Source: an uncultured Gemmatimonadales bacterium (GTDB lineage Bacteria > Gemmatimonadota > Gemmatimonadetes > Gemmatimonadales > GWC2-71-9). Taken from it: a DNA stretch of 64,000 nt. A program made the translations under genes and the position numbers. How positions within the stretch are numbered: position 1 is the stretch's first letter; the number at the start of each line of letters is the position of its first letter. The notes beneath the pieces are model-generated. The model ran no database searches and had not been told where the DNA came from. It saw only the letters and a program-made list of their open reading frames with translations. The stretch spans positions 256,001 through 320,000 of the forward strand of contig CAWHFW010000002.1 in assembly GCA_963828735.1 (NCBI GenBank), written 5' to 3'. Of this stretch, positions 42,138-53,005 are shown in pieces.

Positions 42138-44066
42138 CTATGGCACGAGCGCCCGCGTTCGCGCTTCCTCCACGATCCGGGCGAGAAACGCCTCCACGGG
42201 CATGATCTCCTGCTTCTTGCCGGCGCCGCGTACGCGGAGCGCCAGGCTGTCGCTGTCCGCTTCACGCTGCCCGACGACCGCCATGTACGGCACCTTCCAC
42301 ACCTCGCCGTCCCGGATGCGGTAGTTGAGCGTCTCGCTCCGGTCATCGAGATGCGCCCGGACGCCAGCCGCGACGAGCCGATCGGTGAGCCGTCGCGCCG
42401 CCTCGGTCTGGGCGTCCGAGATCGGGATCACCCGGACCTGCTCCGGCGCGAGCCACACCGGAAACGCGCCCGCGAAGTGCTCGATCAGGATCGCGATGAA
42501 CCGCTCGAACGACCCGCTCACCGCCCGGTGGATGACGACGGGCCGATGCTCGGCGTTGTCCTCGCCCACGTAGGTGAGGTCGAACCGCTCGGGCGCGTTG
42601 TAATCGAGCTGGATGGTGCCGAGCTGCCAGCTGCGGCCGATGGAATCCATCACATCGAAGTCGATCTTGGGACCGTAGAACGCGCCGTCGCCGGCCTTGA
42701 GCTCGTACGGCATCCCGGTCGCCTCGAGCGCGCCGCGGAGCGCGCCTTCGGCGCGGTCCCACAGCTCATCGTCGCCGATCCGGGTCTCGGGACGGGTGGC
42801 GAACTTGAGCTTGGCCTCGAGGCCGAACGTGCGGTAGTAGCCCAGGATGAAGTCCATGAGGAACTTCACCTCGTCGACGATTTGGTCGTTGGTCAGAAAG
42901 ACGTGGCAGTCGTCCTGGGCGAATTGCCGCACACGGGTGAGGCCCGAGAGCGCCCCGGTCACCTCGTTCCGGTGGAGCACGTCAAACGTCACATACCGGA
43001 GCGGCAGCTCCCGGTACGAGTGTTTCTTCGCCGAGAACAGCAGATAGTGCGACGGGCAATTCATCGGCTTGAGGGAGGCGTCGTGCTCGCCCGTTTCCTT
43101 GTTCAACACCAGGAACATGTTCTCCCGGTACTTCCCCCAGTGCCCGGACGTCTCCCACAGCATCTTGTTGTAGAGCAGCGGCGTCTTGATCTCGCGAAAC
43201 GCCCGGGCCTGCCGTTCGCGCACGAAGTCCACCAGCAGGTTGTAGAGCGTCGTACCCCGCTCGGTCCAGAAAGGGGCGCCGGGCGCCGAGGGGTGGAAGG
43301 TGAACAGGTCGAGCTCGCGGCCGACGCGACGGTGATCGCGCTTCCGCGCCTCCTCCAGCCGATGGAGGTAGGCGTCGAGGTCCTCCTTCTTGAACCACGC
43401 CGTTCCGTAGATGCGCTGGAGCATTTGGCGGTGCTCGTCGCCTCGCCAGTACGCCCCGGCGCCGTGGAGCAGCTTGAAGTGCTTGAGGCGGCCGGTACGC
43501 GGGATGTGCGGCCCGCGGCACAAGTCCTGAAACGGACCGTCGGTATAGACCGTGATCGTCTCGTCGTCGCGGAGCTCACCGATACGCTCGAGCTTGAGCG
43601 GGTCGTCGGCGAACCGGCGGTTCGCCTCGGCGCGATCCACCACTTCGCGGACGAACGGGTAGTCCTTGGCCGTGACCTCGCTCATCTTGACTTCGATCTT
43701 CTCCAGGTCCTCGGGCGTGAACGGCCGGTCCACCTGGAAGTCGTAGTAGAAGCCGTCCTCGATCGAGGGCCCGAAGCCGATCCCCGCCCCCGGAAAGAGC
43801 TCCCGGACCGCCGTAGCCATGATGTGGGCCGAGCTGTGCCGCAGGAGTTCGAGGGCGTCGGGATCCTTCTCGGTCAGGATGGCGAGGCTGGTATCTCGGT
43901 CGAGCGGACGGTCGAGATCCCACACGGCGCCGTTGACCCGCGCGGCCAACGCCGCGCGCGCGAGCCCCGGCCCGATCGCCTCGGCGACCTGCCGTGACGT
44001 CGTGCCGGCGACCACCTCGCGGACGCTGCCGTCGGGCAGGGTCACCCGGATCGCGGTGTCGCTCAT
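42138..44066 (-). CDS. thrS: Threonine--tRNA ligase
   Basis: RHSSAH, DLCRGPH, KPMNCP, GAFYGPKID. Confidence 0.98.
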   Translation of the reverse strand: MSDTAIRVTLPDGSVREVVAGTTSRQVAEAIGPGLARAALAARVNGAVWDLDRPLDRDTSLAILTEKDPDALELLRHSSAHIMATAVRELFPGAGIGFGPSIEDGFYYDFQVDRPFTPEDLEKIEVKMSEVTAKDYPFVREVVDRAEANRRFADDPLKLERIGELRDDETITVYTDGPFQDLCRGPHIPRTGRLKHFKLLHGAGAYWRGDEHRQMLQRIYGTAWFKKEDLDAYLHRLEEARKRDHRRVGRELDLFTFHPSAPGAPFWTERGTTLYNLLVDFVRERQARAFREIKTPLLYNKMLWETSGHWGKYRENMFLVLNKETGEHDASLKPMNCPSHYLLFSAKKHSYRELPLRYVTFDVLHRNEVTGALSGLTRVRQFAQDDCHVFLTNDQIVDEVKFLMDFILGYYRTFGLEAKLKFATRPETRIGDDELWDRAEGALRGALEATGMPYELKAGDGAFYGPKIDFDVMDSIGRSWQLGTIQLDYNAPERFDLTYVGEDNAEHRPVVIHRAVSGSFERFIAILIEHFAGAFPVWLAPEQVRVIPISDAQTEAARRLTDRLVAAGVRAHLDDRSETLNYRIRDGEVWKVPYMAVVGQREADSDSLALRVRGAGKKQEIMPVEAFLARIVEEARTRALVP

Positions 44067-44214
44067 GGCGCTTCGTGGACCGTCGTGGGGGGGGCCGGCG
44101 GCTCGCTGCCAGGCGCGTAGAGAAGAAGAGGGCGAGGCCCGCCAGGAGCAGCACCCCGACGAGCACCCACCGGCCCAGCTCCAGACCGCGGCCAACCGAC
44201 CGTTCCTGACTCAT
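44063..44214 (-). CDS. Small single-TM protein (apparent 1-nt indel ~44122)
   Basis: MSQERSVGRGLELGRWVLVGVLLLAGLALFF then, one base shifted, YAPGSEPPAPPTTVHEAP* ending in ATGA overlap with thrS. Confidence 0.5.
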
Positions 44215-44306
44215 GCGGACGCCTTCGATGAGGATCGATTCCCTGCGCGTGGTCATCGAAAATGTTAACTTAAACGCATTCTGAATCTTCACGTAGAGGA
44301 CGATTC

Positions 44307-44741
44307 GTGCGCGAACGCAATCGGTTGGGCGGCATGCAGGTGCTCTGGTGGACCGGCCTCGGGCTCGGGGCCGGCCTCGTGGCGGGCTTCGCCTTGAGCG
44401 AGTGGGTCGGCGGGGTGAGCCGCGGCCGGGTCTCCGAGGCCGCCCGGCGTCTGCGCCAGCCCGCTCCTACACGCCTCACCCCCTCGGCCTCCGCCCGGGC
44501 GGTGCTCGCGGCACTCGAGGCCGAGCCCCGGCTGGCCGGCATTCCGGTGGAGGCGCTCGCGGTGGCGCGCGGGGTGGTCGAGCTGCGCGGCTGGGTGCCG
44601 TCGCGGACGGCGCGCACCATCGCCGGCCGGGCGGCGCTCGCCACGCCGGGCATCGAGAGCGTCATCAACAGCCTGCTTGTGCGTGGCGAGGACGACCTCG
44701 AGCGCACCCGGGACTCGCGCGCCACCGATCAGAGCGCATGA
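44307..44741 (+). CDS. BON-domain membrane protein
   Basis: N-terminal TM; GVVELRGWV...PGIESVINSL. Confidence 0.8.
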   Translation: MRERNRLGGMQVLWWTGLGLGAGLVAGFALSEWVGGVSRGRVSEAARRLRQPAPTRLTPSASARAVLAALEAEPRLAGIPVEALAVARGVVELRGWVPSRTARTIAGRAALATPGIESVINSLLVRGEDDLERTRDSRATDQSA

Positions 44742-47415
44742 CCGAGCCGCTCGCCCCCCAATACAATCCGTCCGCCATCGAGTCCGCCCTCTACGCCTGG
44801 TGGCAGGAGCGCGGCTTGTTCTCGCCCGCGGGCACCGGCCGACCCTACGTCGTGATGATGCCGCCGCCCAACGTCACGGCCGCGCTCCATATGGGTCACG
44901 GTCTCAACAACACCGTGCAGGACGTGCTGGTCCGGTTCGAGCGGATGCGGGGACGGCGGGTGCTCTGGGTTCCGGGCACCGACCATGCCGGCATCGCGAC
45001 ACAGAATGTGGTCGAGCGCCTGCTCGCGAAGGACGGGCTCACCCGGTTCGACGTCGGCCGTGAGGCGTTCGTCGAGCGCGTCTGGAGCTACGTGGAGGAG
45101 ACCGGCGCCGCCATCCTCGAGCAGCTCAAGGCCATCGGCTCCTCCGCCGACTGGGACCGCACCTACTTCACGCTGGACGAGGACCTCTCGCGCGCCGTGC
45201 GCGAGGCCTTCGTCACCCTCTACGAGGCCGGACTCGTCTACCGCGGCCACTACATCATCAACTGGTGCCCGCGCTGCCTCACCGCCCTCTCCAACGAGGA
45301 AGCGGAGAAGGAGGAGACGGACGGGAAGATCTGGCATCTTCGCTACCCCCTCGCCGACGGAAGCGGGCACGTCACCGTGGCCACCACGCGTCCGGAGACG
45401 ATGCTGGGCGACACGGCGGTGGCCGTGCACCCCGAGGACGAGCGCTACCGCGACCTGATCGGTCGCGAGCTCCGGCTGCCGGTGGTCCATCGGCTGGTGC
45501 CCATCGTGGCCGACGATGCCGTGGACCCGGCCTTCGGGTCCGGGGCCGTAAAGGTGACGCCGGCCCACGATCCGGCGGACTTCGAGATCGGCCGCCGCCA
45601 CGGCCTCCCCTCCATCGACGTCATGACGCCCGAGGCACGGATCAGCCTCGCGGCGCCGGACCGGTTCCAGGGCCTCGACCGCTTCGACGCACGGAGCCGC
45701 GTAGTGGCGGAATTCGAGGCAGCTGGCCTGCTCGACAAGGTCGAGCCCCACCGCCACGCGGTCGGGCACTGCTATCGCTGCGACACCGTGGTCGAGCCGC
45801 GGCTCTCCGATCAGTGGTTCGTCCGCATGGAGCCGCTGGCCCGTCCCGGCGCTCGGCCAAGTATCGCGACGGGACCCTCCACTTCATCCCCGAGCGTCGG
45901 GGCGACGACTTACACCCAGTGGCTCGAGGGCATTCGAGACTGGTGCATCTCGCGGCAGCTCTGGTGGGGCCACCGGATCCCGGTGTGGTACTGCGAGTCG
46001 GAGCGCTGCGCGCGCGTCACGGTCAGCCGGACCGACGTCGGCGCCTGCCCTGCCTGCGGCGGCCCAGTGCGGCAGGACGAGGACGTGCTGGACACCTGGT
46101 TCTCCTCGTGGCTCGTGCCATTCTCGAGCCTCGGCTGGCCCGACCGCACGCCGGATCTCGCCACGTTCTATCCTGGGCACACCCTCGTCTCCGCGCCCGA
46201 GATCATCTTCTTCTGGGTCGCGCGGATGATCATGTCGGGCCTCTACTTCATGGGCGAGGTCCCGTACACGCACATGTATCTGCACGGCACCGTGCGCGAC
46301 ACCCAGCATCGCAAGATGTCCAAGTCGCTGGGCAACGGCATCGATCCGCTCGAAGTGGTCGAGCGCTACGGTGCCGATGCGCTGCGCTATTCGATCGTCT
46401 CCGGCATGTCGGTGGGCACCGACGTCATCCTCGATCCCGACGACCTCGAGGCGTCCTTCGCGGCAGGACGGAACTTCGCCAACAAGCTGTGGAACGCCGG
46501 GCGGTTCATCCTGTCGAACCTGGACCGCCCGCCCCGCCCGCTGGCCGGGGTCGCCGCAGCGCCGTGAGGCGGGACGAGCTTACGCTCGCGGATCGCTGGA
46601 TCATCGCGCGCTGCGACGCCACGGTGCGGGAGGCGACTGAAGCGTACGAGAAGTTCCGCCTCAACGATGCCGCCGCGGCCGTCTACCACTTCCTGTGGAG
46701 CGATCTGGCCGACTGGTACATCGAGCAGGTCAAGCCGCGCCTCTATGGCGATGTGCCGGGCGGCGACGTCGCGCGAGCTGTGGCCGCGCAGACGTTCGAC
46801 GTCGCGCTGCGCCTCCTCCACCCGGTGATGCCGTTTGTGACCGAAGCGCTCTGGCGGCGGTTCCCCGGGCGTCCGCACGAGGCCTCGATCTCGGTGGCAC
46901 CCTGGCCCGTGCCCGACGTCCGGGCCCAGGATGCGGCCGCCCTCGTGGAGTTCGGCGTGGTGCAGCAGGTCGTGGGCGCCATCCGCGGCATCCGCGCCGA
47001 ATACGGCGTCCAGCCGGGACAGACCGTGCGCGCGTTCGTCACCACGGACGGCGGCGGCCCGGCGAGGGCCATCGAGCGCGAGCGCGGCACGATCGTCCGC
47101 CTCGCGAAGCTCTCCGAGCTCAGCCTGGGCGAGAGCACCGAGCGCGTGGGGGGGCACGCTGTCCTTCCCGACGGCACTGCGGTCTTTGTCCCGCTCGGCG
47201 AGGCGATCGACGTCGGACGCGAGTGCGGGCGTCTGGGCGCCGAAGCCGAGCGCCTCGCCGGACTCGTGGCCTCGCAGGAAAAGAAGCTGAGCAACCAGCA
47301 GTTCGTCTCGCGGGCGCCCGCCGACGTCGTCGCGCGCGAGCGCGAGAAGCTCGTCGCCTGGACCGAGCAGAGGCAGGTGCTGACCCGGAAGCGAGAGCTG
47401 CTGGGGTGTGGGTGA
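44738..47415 (+). CDS. valS: Valine--tRNA ligase (apparent frameshifts ~45850-45910 and ~46560)
   Basis: PPPNVT..LHMGH, DHAGIATQ, DWCISRQLWWGH, KMSKS, C-terminal coiled coil. Confidence 0.96.
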
Positions 47416-47447
47416 CGGGCTCCGAGCCCGCGAAGACGGCAGCGGGG

Positions 47448-48806
47448 ATGAACCGGGATCGCCCCGCCCGCGCGGCCACCCGTTTCGTCGCTCTCGTTGT
47501 CGCTGCCTTCGCCGCGTCGTGCGCGCGCATGGAGCCACCCCCGGGCGGACCACCGGATATCGCGCCGCCGCAGCTCGTCACGACCAAGCCGGACTCGCTT
47601 GCCAGCATCCCGAACTTCAAGGGGGATGTCGAATTCCAGTTCGACGAGGTGATCTCCGAGGGCGGCTCGCCCAATCAGGGGGCTGGCACCGGCGACCTGG
47701 AAAAGCTGGTCATTCTGTCTCCGACGACGCGCGTGCCGGACGTGAGCTGGAAACGGAGCCGGATCACTGTCCATCCGGCGGAGGGCTGGCGTCCGAACCG
47801 GGTCTACCGGGTCCAGCTGCTGCCCGGCGTGGTCGATCTTCGCCGCAACCAGAGCAAGCGCGGCACCGTGCTCACGTTCACGACCGGAGCCCCGCTCCCG
47901 ACGACCACGATCGACGGCACCGTGGTCGACTGGACCTCCAGCCGCCCGAGCTCCGAGGCCTTAGTGGAAGCGTTGCTGCTTCCCGACAGCCTGTCATACC
48001 GGGGGCTGGCGGATTCGAGCGGCCACTTTTCCCTGGGGCCGCTTCCGGCCGGAGAGTATCTCGTGAGGGGCGTGATAGACCAGAACCGCAACAACGTGTT
48101 CGACGCTCGCGAAGCCTTCGACACCGTGCGTCTCGCCAAGGGGAAGACAGCGGCCGGCGAGCTCTGGGTCTTCGTCCACGACACGACGCCGCCGCGAATC
48201 CAGGAGGTTGTGCCGGGCGACAGCGTGTCGGCGACGATTACCATGAGCCAGACGCTGGATCCCCGTCAGAGGCTCGCCTCGAGCGCCGTAACGGTGAGGC
48301 TGCTGCCGGACTCGACGCCCGTCCGCGTCACGTCGCTACTGCCTAAACCCGTCGACGACAGCCTGCACCGTACGGTCACTCCGGCGCAGGACACCCTCGC
48401 CGACACCGCGCACAAGGCGCAGCCGGGCATTCAGCCAGCCCCCGAGGCGCCACCTGTCAGGGTGCGGGGCGCCCGCCCGCCTGCGCGCACGGTGAACGAG
48501 CCCCTCACCAGCCGCCCGCCTCTCACCGATAAGCTCGTGGTCCGCGTCGAGCGGCCCTGGACGCCGGGGGCAAAGTACGAGGTGGAGATCCGAGGCGTCC
48601 GGAACACGACTGGCACTTCGGGCGACGTACGCGGTGGGTTCAGCGTGCCCAAGCCGCAGCCGACGGACAGCACGAAGCAGCACGGCGGCAAGCCTGCCGC
48701 GAAAGACACCACCAAGGGCCCCCCGGCAAAACGGAAGACACACGCGGATACGCTCAAGAGTCCAGCGGACACCGCCGGTCAGCATCTGGTCAAGCCGAAG
48801 CAATGA
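47448..48806 (+). CDS. Ig-like (Big_5) domain lipoprotein
   Basis: Lipobox FAASC, PPGGPPDIAPP, FDEVI, DLRRN. Confidence 0.8.
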   Translation: MNRDRPARAATRFVALVVAAFAASCARMEPPPGGPPDIAPPQLVTTKPDSLASIPNFKGDVEFQFDEVISEGGSPNQGAGTGDLEKLVILSPTTRVPDVSWKRSRITVHPAEGWRPNRVYRVQLLPGVVDLRRNQSKRGTVLTFTTGAPLPTTTIDGTVVDWTSSRPSSEALVEALLLPDSLSYRGLADSSGHFSLGPLPAGEYLVRGVIDQNRNNVFDAREAFDTVRLAKGKTAAGELWVFVHDTTPPRIQEVVPGDSVSATITMSQTLDPRQRLASSAVTVRLLPDSTPVRVTSLLPKPVDDSLHRTVTPAQDTLADTAHKAQPGIQPAPEAPPVRVRGARPPARTVNEPLTSRPPLTDKLVVRVERPWTPGAKYEVEIRGVRNTTGTSGDVRGGFSVPKPQPTDSTKQHGGKPAAKDTTKGPPAKRKTHADTLKSPADTAGQHLVKPKQ

Positions 48807-50164
48807 CGGACCCCCGGCGGGACCTGCCCTCGGTTGACCGGCTGCTGCACGATCCCGGTGTCGACGGACCTGTTGCGCAGCGCGCCCCGGGGAGCGGTCG
48901 TCGCGGCGATTCGCGAGACGCTCGCGGCCGCGCGGACCCGTCGTGCCGGTCCACCGGAGGATTGGGCGGTGGAGATTCGCGAGCGCCTCATGGAGCGGCG
49001 CCGGGCCGGCCTCCGTCCAGTGCTCAACGCCACCGGCGTCGTCCTGCATACCAACCTGGGCCGAGCGCCGCTCGCGCCGGCTGCCATCCGCGCCGTGACT
49101 GCCGCCGCAGCCGGCTACAGCAACCTCGAGCTCGATCTCGACACCGGCACGCGGGGAAGCCGCACCGATCACTGCCGCGAGCTGCTCCGCCGCCTGACCG
49201 GCGCCGAGGATGCGCTCGTCGTGAACAACGCCGCCGGAGCATTGGTCCTGGCGCTCAACGCCGTCGCCGCCGGCCGCGACGTGTTGATCTCGCGCGGCGA
49301 ACTGATCGAGATCGGTGGGTCGTTCCGGATCCCGGATATCATGGCCCGCAGCGGCGCCCGCCTGCGTGAGGTGGGCACCACGAACCGCACGCACCTGGAT
49401 GACTACCGTCGCGAGCTGGGCCCGGAGACCGGGGCGGTGCTCACGGTCCATCGGTCGAACTTCGAACAGCGCGGCTTCGTCGCGTCGCCGGGCCCGTCTT
49501 CGCTCGCGGCTCTCGCGATGGAGGCGGGTGTCCCGTACCTGTTCGACGTGGGCAGCGGGCTGCTGGCGGACCTGCGCCCGTGGGGACTCGACTCCGAGCC
49601 GCGCGTCGTTGACGCGCTCGTCCGCCGGCGCGGGCCTCGTGATCTTCAGTGGGGACAAGCTGCTGGGTGGCCCGCAGGCCGGCTGCCTCGTGGGGGGCCG
49701 TACGCTCGTCGCGCGCTGTCGCGAGAATCCGTTCGCCCGCGCCATGCGGGCGGACAAGCTGACGCTGGCCGCCATGGAGGCCACGCTCGGACTGTACGAA
49801 GAGAGTGAGAGCGCGGTACGCGAGATTCCGGTGTTGCGCATGCTGACGCTCGATGCGACCGTTCTCGCCGCACGCGCGGAACGCCTCGCGGCCGAGTGTC
49901 CGGGCGAGCTCGAACGCCTCCGTCCAGGCTGGCGAATCGGCGGTCGGCGGCGGCTCCTTTCCCGGGGCGGTATTGCCTACCACCCTGGTGAGCCTCGATC
50001 CCGGTCCGCTCGGCGCCGACGGGCTCGCGCTGCGACTCCGCCTCGGCGATCCCAGCGTCGTCGCTCGGGTGGCTGGAGGCCGCGTGTTGCTCGACCCGCG
50101 CACGCTGCCCGAAGATGCCGGGCCCGAGATCCGTCGCGCCTTGTCACAGGCGCTCCAGGCATGA
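48803..50164 (+). CDS. selA: L-seryl-tRNA(Sec) selenium transferase (apparent frameshifts ~48860, ~49620, ~49915)
   Basis: LNATGVVLHTNLGRA, VVNNAAGA, EIGGSFRIPD, EVGTTNRT, FSGDKLLGGPQAG. Confidence 0.93.
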
Positions 50165-50712
50165 GCCTGCGGGTGGCGGTCTTTCTCGATCGCGATGGCA
50201 CCCTGATCGAGGACGTCCACTATCTCCGGAACCCCGACGAGGTCCGCCTGCTCCCCGGGGCCGCGGAAGCGGTGCGGCGGCTCAACGAGGCGGACGTACC
50301 GGCTGTCGTGGTCACCAACCAGTCCGGGATCGCCCGCGGGTTGTTGACCGAAGAGGACTACCTCGCCACCGCGCTGCGCCTCGACGTGCTCCTGGCGGAG
50401 GCCGGCGCGCGGCTGGCCGCCCACTACCATTGCCCCCACCTTCCCGAGGTGTCCGGCGGGTGCGAGTGCCGGAAACCCGGCCCCCTCCTCTACCGCCGCG
50501 CGGCCGCCGACCTCGGCCTCGACCTTCACCACAGCTGGTGGGTGGGTGATCGCGTGCGCGACGTCGCCGCCTCGGAACGGTTCGGCGGCCGCGGAGTGCT
50601 GGTCCTGACTGGGGCCGGGACGGCAGAGGCGGGCACCTCCGCGGCCCAGGGGTGGCTGGCGGTGCCCGACCTGGCAACCGCCGTCCACCTGATCCTCTCT
50701 TCGACGGTGTAG
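50161..50712 (+). CDS. gmhB: HAD phosphatase, GmhB/HisB-N type
   Basis: FLDRDGTL, VTNQSG, CPH...CECRKP, GDR. Confidence 0.88.
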   Translation: MSLRVAVFLDRDGTLIEDVHYLRNPDEVRLLPGAAEAVRRLNEADVPAVVVTNQSGIARGLLTEEDYLATALRLDVLLAEAGARLAAHYHCPHLPEVSGGCECRKPGPLLYRRAAADLGLDLHHSWWVGDRVRDVAASERFGGRGVLVLTGAGTAEAGTSAAQGWLAVPDLATAVHLILSSTV

Positions 50713-50848
50713 TCGGCACCGGCTGGTTTCACGATCGGGCGGCCGCTCTGCGAGCAACTGGGCGATCGGCTCGGGTTCCACGGTGGGTCGGTCGCGGTTC
50801 CGCCTTCAGCATTTCCCTGCGCGCGGCCTGGGATTAGTTTCCCCGGCC

Positions 50849-51454
50849 ATGACGATGCGCGTGGCCGTGGCCGTCTCGGGGCGCGGCAGCAACCTCGAGG
50901 CGCTGCTGCGTGCACTGGGAGCCGAGGCCCCGGCGCGGGTGGTGCTGGTCGTGAGCAATCGAGCCGATGCGGGGGCACTAGAGCGTGCCCGCTCGCACGG
51001 CCTGCCGGTCGAAGTGCTGTCCGACCCGGCCGACGGAGCGGACTGGCTCGAGCGGTTGGCGCGCCACCGGGTGGACCTCCTGGTCCTGGCCGGCTACCTC
51101 AAGCTCGTTCCCGCCGTCGTCATCGCCCGCTACCGCGATCGCGTCCTGAACGTGCACCCCGCCCTCCTCCCGGCGTTCGGCGGACGGGGGATGTACGGCC
51201 ACCACGTGCACGAGGCGGTGCTGGCGAGCGGCGCGCGCGAGAGCGGCGCCACGGTCCACCTCGTGGACGAGGTGTACGACCGCGGGCGGATCCTCGCCCA
51301 GGGACGGGTGCCCGTCCTGGCGGGAGACACTGCCGCGACGCTCGCGGCGCGCGTTCTCGCGGTCGAGCACCGCCTGCTGCCCGCCGTCGTGCTTGCCGCC
51401 GCGGTGGCGGGCCACCCCGTCGCGCTTCCCGAAACCGTGGAGTCCACGTCGTGA
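50849..51454 (+). CDS. purN: Phosphoribosylglycinamide formyltransferase
   Basis: SGRGSNL, LAGYLK, NVHPALLP, GATVHLV. Confidence 0.96.
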   Translation: MTMRVAVAVSGRGSNLEALLRALGAEAPARVVLVVSNRADAGALERARSHGLPVEVLSDPADGADWLERLARHRVDLLVLAGYLKLVPAVVIARYRDRVLNVHPALLPAFGGRGMYGHHVHEAVLASGARESGATVHLVDEVYDRGRILAQGRVPVLAGDTAATLAARVLAVEHRLLPAVVLAAAVAGHPVALPETVESTS

Positions 51455-51464
51455 ATCGTCCGTC

Positions 51465-52994
51465 ATGCCGCGCGCGCTGATCTCGGTCAGCGACAAGCGG
51501 GGCATCGTCGCCTTCGCCCAGGGCCTCGCCCAGCTCGGCTGGGAGATCATCTCCACCGGCGGCACCGCGACGGCTCTCCGGACCGCCGGGATCTCGGTGA
51601 TGGCTGTCGACGAGGTGACCGGCTTCCCCGAGCTGCTCGACGGCCGAGTCAAGACGCTGCACCCCGCCATCCACGGCGCCCTGCTCGGCCGGCGGGACAT
51701 GCCCGCGCACATGGCGGCGCTGCAAGAGCGCGGCATCGTGCCCATCGACCTGGTTGCGGTCAACCTGTACCCGTTCCAGATGACGATCAGTGGCCCCGGC
51801 GTGACCTTCGAGGACGCCGTCGAGAACATCGACATCGGCGGCCCGTCGATGCTCCGTTCCGCGGCCAAGAACCACGAGTTCGTGCTGCCGGTCGTGGATC
51901 CGATGGACTATCCGAAGGTTCTCGAGTTGCTTCGTCGGAACGAGCTCACGCCGGCGGTGCGTCGCGAATTCGCCGCCAAGGTGTTCGCGCACACGGCGGA
52001 CTACGATGCCGCCATCGCGGGATACCTGACCCCGCACGAGGAGGGCCTCCCCCGCCGGCTGGGAATTTCGATGGAGCGGACGCAGCCGCTGCGCTACGGA
52101 GAAAACCCCGGCCAGCGCGCCGCCCTTTACGTGACCGAGGAACCGCGCGGCATGCGCGACCTCACCCAGCGCCAGGGCAAGGAGCTCTCGTTCAACAACC
52201 TGCTCGACATCGATGCCGCAATGGCCGCGGTGGCCAACTGGAGCAACCGGCCGGCGTGCAGCGTCATCAAGCACACGACACCGTGCGGTGTCGCCGTCGC
52301 CGGCTCCGCCGTCGATGCGTTCCGCAAGGCGCGGGCGACGGATGAAGTCTCGGCCTTCGGCTCGGTCATCGCGTTCAACACGGTGGTGGATCGAGCTACC
52401 GCCCAGGCCATGAGCGACCTTTTCGTCGAGGTCGTGGTGGCGCCGTCGTTCCACGACGAGGCGATCGCGGTGTTCGCCGCGAAGAAGTCGCTTCGCGTGG
52501 TCGAGTTGCCGGTGAGCCGCGGAACGGGCTCGTTCGACTTCAAGCGGGTGCGCGGAGGCTTCCTCATCCAGGACTTGTTCCAGTTCGACCCCTCGGACCA
52601 GGACTGGAAGGTTGCGACCGACCGCCATCCCACCGAGCGCGAGTGGAACGACCTCCGCTTCGCCTGGGCCGCGGTGGCGTCGGTCAAGTCGAACGCCATC
52701 CTCCTTGCGCGAGACGAGGCCGCCGTCGGCATCGGTGCAGGTCAGATGAGCCGCGTGGACAGCGCGTTCATGGCGGTGCACAAGGCCCGGCAGGCCGGCC
52801 ACGACCCGGCCGGTACCGTGCTGGCGTCGGACGGCTTCTTCCCGTTCGGCGACAGCATCGACCTCGCCGCTGCTGCCGGCGTCACCGCCGTCATCCAGCC
52901 GGGCGGCTCGGTGCGGGACGCGGAAGTCGTCGAGGCGGCCAATCGCCATGGCCTCGCCATGGTGATGACGGGCCGCCGGCAGTTCAGACACTAG
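51465..52994 (+). CDS. purH: Bifunctional AICAR transformylase/IMP cyclohydrolase
   Basis: RALISVSDK, GRVKTLHP, IDIGGP, LRYGENP, QPGGS. Confidence 0.98.
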   Translation: MPRALISVSDKRGIVAFAQGLAQLGWEIISTGGTATALRTAGISVMAVDEVTGFPELLDGRVKTLHPAIHGALLGRRDMPAHMAALQERGIVPIDLVAVNLYPFQMTISGPGVTFEDAVENIDIGGPSMLRSAAKNHEFVLPVVDPMDYPKVLELLRRNELTPAVRREFAAKVFAHTADYDAAIAGYLTPHEEGLPRRLGISMERTQPLRYGENPGQRAALYVTEEPRGMRDLTQRQGKELSFNNLLDIDAAMAAVANWSNRPACSVIKHTTPCGVAVAGSAVDAFRKARATDEVSAFGSVIAFNTVVDRATAQAMSDLFVEVVVAPSFHDEAIAVFAAKKSLRVVELPVSRGTGSFDFKRVRGGFLIQDLFQFDPSDQDWKVATDRHPTEREWNDLRFAWAAVASVKSNAILLARDEAAVGIGAGQMSRVDSAFMAVHKARQAGHDPAGTVLASDGFFPFGDSIDLAAAAGVTAVIQPGGSVRDAEVVEAANRHGLAMVMTGRRQFRH

Positions 52995-53005
52995 CCTCGG
53001 GGCTT

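Noticed and set aside
41445..43997. Long plus-strand ORF (850 aa) and many similar long antisense or alternate-frame ORFs in the track
   Set aside because: Shadows of real genes (here thrS and thiolase) caused by high GC3; Arg/Pro/Gly-rich with no motifs.
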